From NCBI GenBank assembly GCA_963768855.1, contig CAVYJM010000024.1, forward strand, positions 1 to 24,730: a stretch of DNA of 24,730 nucleotides, read 5' to 3'. The stretch comes from an uncultured Thermoplasmata archaeon. GTDB taxonomy: Archaea; Thermoplasmatota; Thermoplasmata; RBG-16-68-12. The first letter of the stretch is position 1; every line of letters starts with the position of its first letter. Below the pieces are notes generated by a model. The model did not search any database. It was given only the letters and a program-made list of their open reading frames with translations, and was not told where the DNA came from. This document shows positions 15,512-22,688 of this stretch, one piece after another. The position numbers and the translations under genes are program-made.

Positions 15512-18418
15512 GTGTCGACACCAGAGTCTGGGTCGGCCGGCGAGGGTTCTCAAGCTCCCAAGTTGGAGATTCCCGCCGCCGGCAAACCGAAGCGCCGTAA
15601 GATCTTGATTGTGAGCATCGTGGTGGCCGTCATCGTCATCGCGGCGATTTCGGTGTGGGCTATCATCTACCTGGGGACGGGGTCGCTCAGCGTCAGCTCG
15701 ACGAGCCCCTTCGTAGCCGCGAAGAGCGCAGCGAGCTTCCAGGCCGTCATCACAACGCCGGCCCTGGTGAGCGCGGGGGCTGTCGGTTGGCAATTCGGCG
15801 ACGCGACCAACACGAGCGGCGCCGCGACGAACGTGAGCCATACCTATGCGTACCCCGGGAACTTCTTCATCTTCGCGTCGTCTTCCCTGAGCAACGGCAA
15901 AGCGGTGGACAACTCCATGTCGCTCTTCCCGCTGCAGGTGGGCCCGGCTCCTGTCACGGATCCCAATCCCTTGGGTGAGGCATCGGCCCTGGGCACCTTG
16001 ACAGTAAACAAGACGGCCTCGTCAGCCGGCGCTCCTTTGATCGCGGTGGGGGGTTCCATCCTCTTCCACGCTTCCATCCATGTCGCGCCAGACTTCGCTT
16101 GGTCGGACGAAGTGAACGCCATCACGAACGAATGGAACAACTACTCGTGGACCGTCACGAAGCTGACGATCGACTTCGGGGATGGCTCGGCGCCCTCCAC
16201 GAACACATCCACGCCGTTCGACGACACGGCAGCGGGATACCCGTACGAAGTGAGCCACCAGTACAGCACCGCTGGCCTCTATGCGGTCACCCTGTCCGTC
16301 ACGACCCAGAACTACTCCTTCCACCAGGTTGACGGGGTTCCCGCCGAACCCACGGCCACCCCGGTCTCGCCCGCGCAGACCCTGGCCACGATTGTTGGCC
16401 AGTCCGTGGCGGTAGGCAACTACCAGCTCGTGAGCTACACGCAAAACATCGTCAACCCTGGCACGATCGTGAACATGGAGTCCACAACGGGAGGGACGTG
16501 GACCCTCGATCCTTCGATCAACTACGTGGGATCGGAGCCGATCATTAACATCTACCAGACTCTCCTGGCGTACAACTACACGTCGACGACCGAGTTCGTG
16601 CCGATCATCGCGGATTCGATCCCCACGGTCGCGAACGGCGGCATCAGTGCCGACTTCATGAACTACACCTTCCACATCCGACAGGGCATCAAGTTCTCCG
16701 ATGGGACGCCCGTCACTCCGTGGGATGTGAAGTACTCCTTCACGCGCACGATGCTGTTCGTCGCCGGGTCGCCGCCGACCCCGGGATGGCTCATCTCGCA
16801 GTTCCTCGTCCCGACGGACGTGGATGGCAACTGGCTCTTGAGCTACGCCAACGTGAACGGCGCCGTCTCCATCGACAACTCGAGCCAGACGGTCACCTTC
16901 CATCTCGTGCTCCCTGCTCCGCCCGTGGTGTTCTACGAGATCATCACCAGCACCCTCGGGTGCGGAATCGCGAGCCACACGTGGCTGGAGAACGTGGGAC
17001 CGAAGCTCGTGTGGTCCGACGCCGGCTTCACGAACTATACGAAATACGGCGAACTCCAGAACTGGGTGAGCGCCTGGCGCAATGGCGCGGTCGGATCGGG
17101 GCCGTACATGATCGACTACGTCGCGAACCCCGACGCCATCGTGCTGAAGGTGAACCCGAACTTCAAGCCGGTCCTCGGCGATCCCCAGCCCACGGTCGCC
17201 AAGATCGTGATCCAGTACGTCGCGGACGACTCCACGCGGGAGCTCTCCCTGCAGACGGGCAAGGCGGACATCGCTACGATTTCGTCAAGCCGATACGCGG
17301 TGGCGTCGAACATGGCCCGGCAGGGCTTGATCTACATCCTCCCCATCCCATCGATGACCTTGTACTGGTGGAACTTCAACATGGAGATCTACCAGAGCGG
17401 CACGCCCCAGAACCCGTACGGGAACAGCGTGCCGCCGAACTTCTTCGTCGATCTCAACATGCGCAAGGCGTTCTTCTACGCCTACAACTTCCAACAGTAC
17501 ATCAACCAGATCTTGGGCAACGGGGTGTACAACACGAAGTTCGGGGAGCTGTACAACGGGATCATCCCGAACGGCATGCCCGGCTACGTGAACTACTCCT
17601 CCATGGACACGTACAGCATGACCCTGGCCCACCAGTACTACAACCAGACCCAGTGGGTCAAGGACCGCGGCTGGGCCACGTCCGGGTTCACGCTCGCGCT
17701 CAACGTGGGTCAAGAGGACCCGATCGCCTCGGCCGCTGCGACGATGTGGGCCCAGAGCCTAGAGCAGCTCGCGCCGGCGGGCCAGATCCACATCACGACC
17801 AACCCGATCACGGATGCGGAGGTCACGGCGGACGCCGTGCCGCATGCGAATCCGATGGCCATCTACTCCGTGGGCTTCGGATGGGCCCCCGACTACCCCT
17901 GGCCCACGGACTACACGGTGCCCATGCTTCTGCCCGGAATAACGTACGACACCCCCTACGGCGGATACTACACCGCAACGAACGGGTTCAACATCGAGTA
18001 CTTCCAGGGCGACGCGAACGGGACGGGCCAAGTCGCGAACATGACGAAGATGCTGAACTGGATCGACGACAGCACGGGTGTGAATGCGACGGACCTCGAC
18101 CAGGCGCTGTGGGATTCCCAGCAGGCGAACCTGATGGGGATGAACGAGACGTTGTACGTGCCCGAGTTCCAGCTGTTCAACCATGTCTACTACCGCACCT
18201 GGATCAACGGGATGGAGAAGGAGGCGAACCCGCTGCTCGGCGGCCAGTGGCTGCTGTACGCCTACCTCTCCAAGCCGTCGGGCGTCGCGACGTCCTCCGT
18301 CCCCTCGGGCACGTCCATCCTTGGATACCTCATCGCGTCGGGGCTCGCTGGCCCGCCCCTGATCGCCCTCCAGGGCACCCGGCGGTCCCGGACGGATTTG
18401 AAATGGAAGGAGGACTAG
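15512..18418 (+). CDS. Family-5 (DppA/OppA-like) ABC solute-binding protein with an N-terminal TM, two PKD-like domains and a hydrophobic C-terminal tail (968 aa)
   Basis: N-terminal RRKILIVSIVVAVIVIAAISVWAIIYL. PKD signatures WQFGDAT...SHTYAYPGNF and IDFGDGS...SHQYSTAGLYAVTL. SBP5 motifs TLDP, IYQTLL, YTFHIRQGIKFSDGTPVTPWDVKYSF, VGSGPYMI and NMRKAFFYAYN. Confidence 0.9.
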   Translation: MSTPESGSAGEGSQAPKLEIPAAGKPKRRKILIVSIVVAVIVIAAISVWAIIYLGTGSLSVSSTSPFVAAKSAASFQAVITTPALVSAGAVGWQFGDATNTSGAATNVSHTYAYPGNFFIFASSSLSNGKAVDNSMSLFPLQVGPAPVTDPNPLGEASALGTLTVNKTASSAGAPLIAVGGSILFHASIHVAPDFAWSDEVNAITNEWNNYSWTVTKLTIDFGDGSAPSTNTSTPFDDTAAGYPYEVSHQYSTAGLYAVTLSVTTQNYSFHQVDGVPAEPTATPVSPAQTLATIVGQSVAVGNYQLVSYTQNIVNPGTIVNMESTTGGTWTLDPSINYVGSEPIINIYQTLLAYNYTSTTEFVPIIADSIPTVANGGISADFMNYTFHIRQGIKFSDGTPVTPWDVKYSFTRTMLFVAGSPPTPGWLISQFLVPTDVDGNWLLSYANVNGAVSIDNSSQTVTFHLVLPAPPVVFYEIITSTLGCGIASHTWLENVGPKLVWSDAGFTNYTKYGELQNWVSAWRNGAVGSGPYMIDYVANPDAIVLKVNPNFKPVLGDPQPTVAKIVIQYVADDSTRELSLQTGKADIATISSSRYAVASNMARQGLIYILPIPSMTLYWWNFNMEIYQSGTPQNPYGNSVPPNFFVDLNMRKAFFYAYNFQQYINQILGNGVYNTKFGELYNGIIPNGMPGYVNYSSMDTYSMTLAHQYYNQTQWVKDRGWATSGFTLALNVGQEDPIASAAATMWAQSLEQLAPAGQIHITTNPITDAEVTADAVPHANPMAIYSVGFGWAPDYPWPTDYTVPMLLPGITYDTPYGGYYTATNGFNIEYFQGDANGTGQVANMTKMLNWIDDSTGVNATDLDQALWDSQQANLMGMNETLYVPEFQLFNHVYYRTWINGMEKEANPLLGGQWLLYAYLSKPSGVATSSVPSGTSILGYLIASGLAGPPLIALQGTRRSRTDLKWKED

Positions 18419-18423
18419 GGACC

Positions 18424-18720
18424 TCACTCCTCAACGATTTGCCGCTTGGTGCGAGGGGGCCAGAGGCGACGGTAGAGGCGGTGCTCCAGGAACGCCAGGA
18501 AGCCGAAGACGACGACGAGAGGGGGAACCGCCCAGAGCGGCTGCGCGGGCAGGAGGTCCAGGACCTGAAGCGGGGTGAACACATCGAGCGCCACGCAACC
18601 GACGACGTAGAAGCCTCGGATTGCATCCCCGAAGACGTAGACCAGTTCGGGATGGCGGCCGGCGAATCCCTGATCGTCCTCGGGTTCGTCCGGCTCCTCG
18701 GTGATGACCACCCGCGTCAT
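18424..18720 (-). CDS. Small membrane protein (98 aa), antisense to the transporter operon
   Basis: ATG 18720 with GGAGG. TTTATG at 18783-18788 on the minus strand. Acidic N-terminus, 2-3 hydrophobic segments and a basic C-terminus. It fills the SBP-permease gap without overlap. Confidence 0.7.
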   Translation of the reverse strand: MTRVVITEEPDEPEDDQGFAGRHPELVYVFGDAIRGFYVVGCVALDVFTPLQVLDLLPAQPLWAVPPLVVVFGFLAFLEHRLYRRLWPPRTKRQIVEE

Positions 18721-18890
18721 GCAGTCCTCCCGGCTCGTCGGGGAACGTTCCGGTCGCTTCCGCGCCCATCTCCCACCGACCTCATAAACATAGGGAGACG
18801 GCCGCATGAACCGCACGCGCGCTGCGGCATCAACGGGGAGGAGGGAGGATCCGGCCGCGACGCGACGGACCTGCCGTGGGTGGTGAGTAG

Positions 18891-19970
18891 GTGCGCCTGA
18901 GCCTCTACATCGCACGCAGGCTCGTCCTCCTGATCCCCACCCTCATCGGGGTCACGATCATCACGTTTGCCCTGAGCCACGCAGCCGGGCCGCTTTACTC
19001 GGCCGCGATGTACTGCAACCCCCACCTCCCCATTTCTTGCCCGGAACAGGTGAAGCCGATCATCGAGCATTACCATCTCAACGACCCCATCCCGGTGCAG
19101 TATGTCTACTACCTGAACGCCCTCGTCCGCGGGGACTGGGGCTTCACCTCTACGAGTCTCTTCCAGGGCACAGTCGTCGACGCGATCATCCTCTTCTTCC
19201 CGCCGACGATCGAGCTCGCCGTCGGAGCCACACTCCTCGCGACCCTGCTCGGGATCCCCACGGGCTCCATCTCGGCCGTGAAGAAGGACAAGGTCCCGGA
19301 CCACGTCACGCGCGTCGTGGCCCTCGCGGGCTACGCCGTGCCGTACTTTGTGCTCGCCATCTTTCTGCAAATCCTCGTTTCGGTTCTCTTGCCCACCTGG
19401 CCCATTTACGGAATCTACGACGCGAACGTGCTCAGTCCGAGCACAAGTCCCTGGGCGTTCTCAATCTTCGAGGGGGGATCGCAACTCTATCCGCAGCCCA
19501 CCCACATGCTCGTCATCGACGCCGCCATCCATGGCGACTGGCGGATCTTCTGGGATGCGCTGGCCCATCTCATCCTCCCGATTGTCACCTTGGCCTTTGG
19601 AGTCCTGGGGGTCATCCTCAGGATGATCCGGTCTGGCATGGTGGATTCCATGAACCAAGACTACGTGCGGACGGCCTGGGCGAAGGGGTTGCCCAAACGC
19701 GTCGTCATCGCGAGGCACGTCCGACGAAACGCGCTCCTTCCTGCGACGACCGTCATCGGTCTGCTGTTTGCGTACCTCCTCGGCGGCGTCGTGCTCGTCG
19801 AGGACGTCTTCGCGTGGAGCGGCCTGGGACGCTGGGCGACAGCGGCCATGCTTCGTTCCGACAGCGGGGGCGTCATGGGCTCCACTCTCATCTTCGCGCT
19901 CGCCCTCGTCTTCACAAACCTAGTGGTCGACATCATCTATGCGCGGCTGGACCCGCGCATTACACTGTGA
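18891..19970 (+). CDS. dppB: DppB/OppB-family ABC permease
   Basis: YIARRLVLLIPTL, LNDPIPVQYVYYL...GDWG, FPPTIELA, and EAA loop MNQDYVRTAWAKGL...RHVRRNALLP. Confidence 0.92.
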   Translation: MRLSLYIARRLVLLIPTLIGVTIITFALSHAAGPLYSAAMYCNPHLPISCPEQVKPIIEHYHLNDPIPVQYVYYLNALVRGDWGFTSTSLFQGTVVDAIILFFPPTIELAVGATLLATLLGIPTGSISAVKKDKVPDHVTRVVALAGYAVPYFVLAIFLQILVSVLLPTWPIYGIYDANVLSPSTSPWAFSIFEGGSQLYPQPTHMLVIDAAIHGDWRIFWDALAHLILPIVTLAFGVLGVILRMIRSGMVDSMNQDYVRTAWAKGLPKRVVIARHVRRNALLPATTVIGLLFAYLLGGVVLVEDVFAWSGLGRWATAAMLRSDSGGVMGSTLIFALALVFTNLVVDIIYARLDPRITL

Positions 19971-19978
19971 GGGTGGGA

Positions 19979-20920
19979 ATGGCGGCCGTGGATCTGGGCA
20001 GCTTGCGGGAGGCGCGACGGGAGACGGGTTCCCTCCGTCGCAGAGTCAGCGAGTACGCCCTCACGTTCCGCCTGTTCCTCCGGAGCCCGCTGGCAGCCAC
20101 CGGACTTGTGATCCTCCTGGTGTACGTCGCCGACGTAGTGTACGTTCAGTTCTTCATGGCCAACCCGGACCTGTTGTCGACGAACCTCAACGCGACCATC
20201 CCGTTGGCCCCTTTCTGGTGGCCCGGCGGCACCTCTGCAGGTGGCTGGATGGGCACGAGCTATCCGGGAATCGACCTGACATCCGGGATCCTGAAAGCCA
20301 TCCGGACGGACCTGATCTACTCGACTCTCGTCGTGATTGTCGGAGCCCTGATCGGGAGCCTGATCGGCCTCTATGCGGGGTATCGAGGGGGCCTGTTTGA
20401 CGAGGCCCTCATGCGTGCGACCGACGTCACCTACTCCATCCCCTTCCTCATCTTCGCCATGGCGGTGGGTTTTGCTTTTTACCAGCGGACCTTCCTAACC
20501 GTCAACATCGTCCTCCTGATCCTCTGGTGGCCGCCCTACGCGCGCCTCGTGCGAGCGCAGACCCTTTCCGTGAAGGAAATGAAATTCGTGGAGGCGGCCA
20601 AGATCGCCGGGGCATCGGACGCGCGCATCATGATGCGGCACGTCCTCCCGAACACCCTGGCGCCCGTCTTTGTCCAGGTCTCACTCGATCTGGGCGTCGT
20701 CGCGCAGGTTTTCGCGGCTTTGAATTTCATCGGATTCAATTCCGGGAATCCCTTGCTTCCTGAGCTGGGCAATCTCATCCAGAAGGGGTGGAGCGGTGGC
20801 TTTCTCAGCTATCCGTGGACCGTTGTCCTCCCCAGTCTTGCGCTCTTGATCTTCACCATTGCCGTCAACCTCGTGGGTGACGGCCTCCGCGATGTGATGG
20901 ACCCGCGGCTCCGAAGGTAA
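19979..20920 (+). CDS. dppC: DppC/OppC-family ABC permease
   Basis: This is the 3' 313 codons of track ORF 19037..20920. ATG 19979 has a GAGGGTG RBS. Motifs WMGTSYPGIDL, YARLVRAQTLSVKEMKFVEAAKIAGAS...RHVLPN and NLVGDGLRDVMDPR. Confidence 0.92.
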   Translation: MAAVDLGSLREARRETGSLRRRVSEYALTFRLFLRSPLAATGLVILLVYVADVVYVQFFMANPDLLSTNLNATIPLAPFWWPGGTSAGGWMGTSYPGIDLTSGILKAIRTDLIYSTLVVIVGALIGSLIGLYAGYRGGLFDEALMRATDVTYSIPFLIFAMAVGFAFYQRTFLTVNIVLLILWWPPYARLVRAQTLSVKEMKFVEAAKIAGASDARIMMRHVLPNTLAPVFVQVSLDLGVVAQVFAALNFIGFNSGNPLLPELGNLIQKGWSGGFLSYPWTVVLPSLALLIFTIAVNLVGDGLRDVMDPRLRR

Positions 20921-20924
20921 TCTC

Positions 20925-22688
20925 ATGAAACCGCTCCTCGCCGTCCGCGGACTGAAGACCGAGTTCGCGACCACGCACGGCACCGTCCGCGCGGTCGACG
21001 GCGTGGACCTGGAAATCGGGGAAGGCGAGGTGGTCGGACTCGTGGGGGAAAGCGGATGCGGGAAGTCCGTCACGGCGCTGTCCGTCATGTACCTCATCCC
21101 CCAGCCGCCGGGCCGGATCGCGGACGGCGAGATCTGGTTCAAGGACTTGGACCTCCTCGCGGGGGGGACCGACGAGGTCGTGGTCAAGAAGAGGCGTAAG
21201 GGTCGCCTGAAGCTCGTTCGTCGCGATGCCCTCATCGACCGACACCAGGCCCGGATGAGCAAGATCCGAGGCCGGGAAATCTCCATGATCTTCCAGGAAC
21301 CCATGTCGTCCTTGAACCCCGTCCTCCCTGTGGGCTATCAGGTTGCGGAGGTTCTCCTCTACCAGCGGCGGAGGCAGATCTGCGACGGCATCCTTTCACG
21401 CAAGGAGCTGGGGCCTGAGAATCTCAAGCGGTTCGAACAAATGGTGGCCACGGTGGATCCCACGGACCGCGAGCACCGCCTGGCGGAGTTCTGCGTGGAG
21501 AGCGGCTTGTCCGCGGACAAGGTCTCCGCGATCGCCAACGATTCGAAGCGCTCGATGAAGGAGAAACTCGAGGCGATCCGAACGCTCGGGGAACGCCGGC
21601 GCGTGGGGAGCCGGTGGTTCATCAACCTGATGAAGCGGCTCGACATCCTCGAGACGGAGCGCGCGACTCGCGAATGGCAAGCGCTCTCCCACACGACCCT
21701 CGCGAAGAACGCGATGCAGGCGTTCGACCCGTCCCGCAACCCGAAGGCCTCGGGCCTACCACCCCTCGCCAAAGTGTCCTTGCAGGCGGACGCCGTCCGC
21801 TTGGCGTTCCGGGTGCCGCCCACGGAGGAGCACCGGTCGCTCGTGGACGAAATCGTGAGGGACGTGGCCCAGGAGCCGGAGGGGGCGGCCTTCCGACTCG
21901 TGCGGAAGGTGTCCCTCGCCGCAGAGGGCATCGACCTGACCTTCGCCGAGGGAGAGGCCACGAGCTTCATGCATGAAACGGAGTACCGATCCCGGAGCCT
22001 CCTGTACCGTCTCCTCATGTTCATTCCCCTCCTGCGAGCCCGACTCATGAAGCCCTTGGAAGAGGAGGCCCGGCGGCAGGTTCTGGACCTGCTCAAGCTC
22101 GTGCGCATCCCGGAGCCCAGCAAGATGTACCGCGAGTACCCCCACGAACTGAGTGGCGGGATGCAGCAACGGGTGATGATCGCCATGGCCCTGGCTTGCG
22201 ACCCCGCCCTCATGATCGCGGACGAGCCGACGACGTCCCTGGACGTGACGACCCAGGTGCAGATCCTGAAGCTCATCCGAGACCTCCGCGCGAGGGTCAA
22301 CTCCGCCATCCTGTACATCACTCACGACCTCGCCGTGATCGCGGAACTGTGCGATCGCGTGGCCGTGATGTATGCGGGCAAGATCGTCGAGGACGCGCCG
22401 GTGAACGAGCTGTTCGCGCACCCTCTTCACCCGTACACCCAGGGTCTCCTCGAATCCATCGTCTCCATGGACTCGTTGAAGGTCGAGGTGGGCGCCCACC
22501 TCCCGACGATCCCGGGGACCGTGCCCGACCTGATCGACCCGCCGAAGGGCTGCCGCTTCCATCCCCGCTGCAAGTACGCGTTCGAACGATGCAAAATCGA
22601 GGATCCCCAGCTCCTCGGCCGGGGCAGCGTCCACAAGGTGGCGTGTCATCTCTACGATGAAGGAGGGTCTCGTGGTCCTGATGCGTGA
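20925..22688 (+). CDS. dppD: DppD/OppD-family ABC ATPase with a ~230-aa insertion (587 aa)
   Basis: GESGCGKS, MIFQEPMSSLNP, YPHELSGGMQQR, MIADEPTTSLDVT, YITHDL and C-terminal GCRFHPRC...C...ACHLY. Confidence 0.92.
   Translation: MKPLLAVRGLKTEFATTHGTVRAVDGVDLEIGEGEVVGLVGESGCGKSVTALSVMYLIPQPPGRIADGEIWFKDLDLLAGGTDEVVVKKRRKGRLKLVRRDALIDRHQARMSKIRGREISMIFQEPMSSLNPVLPVGYQVAEVLLYQRRRQICDGILSRKELGPENLKRFEQMVATVDPTDREHRLAEFCVESGLSADKVSAIANDSKRSMKEKLEAIRTLGERRRVGSRWFINLMKRLDILETERATREWQALSHTTLAKNAMQAFDPSRNPKASGLPPLAKVSLQADAVRLAFRVPPTEEHRSLVDEIVRDVAQEPEGAAFRLVRKVSLAAEGIDLTFAEGEATSFMHETEYRSRSLLYRLLMFIPLLRARLMKPLEEEARRQVLDLLKLVRIPEPSKMYREYPHELSGGMQQRVMIAMALACDPALMIADEPTTSLDVTTQVQILKLIRDLRARVNSAILYITHDLAVIAELCDRVAVMYAGKIVEDAPVNELFAHPLHPYTQGLLESIVSMDSLKVEVGAHLPTIPGTVPDLIDPPKGCRFHPRCKYAFERCKIEDPQLLGRGSVHKVACHLYDEGGSRGPDA

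Noticed and set aside
16720-18900. 726-aa + strand ORF overlapping the SBP gene
   Set aside because: It is an off-frame shadow with Arg/Pro/Gly-rich composition. The SBP frame carries the family motifs.
19037-19978. N-terminal half of the 627-aa ORF as an extension of DppC
   Set aside because: It overlaps dppB out of frame and reads as nonsense. DppC has its own RBS and ATG at 19979.
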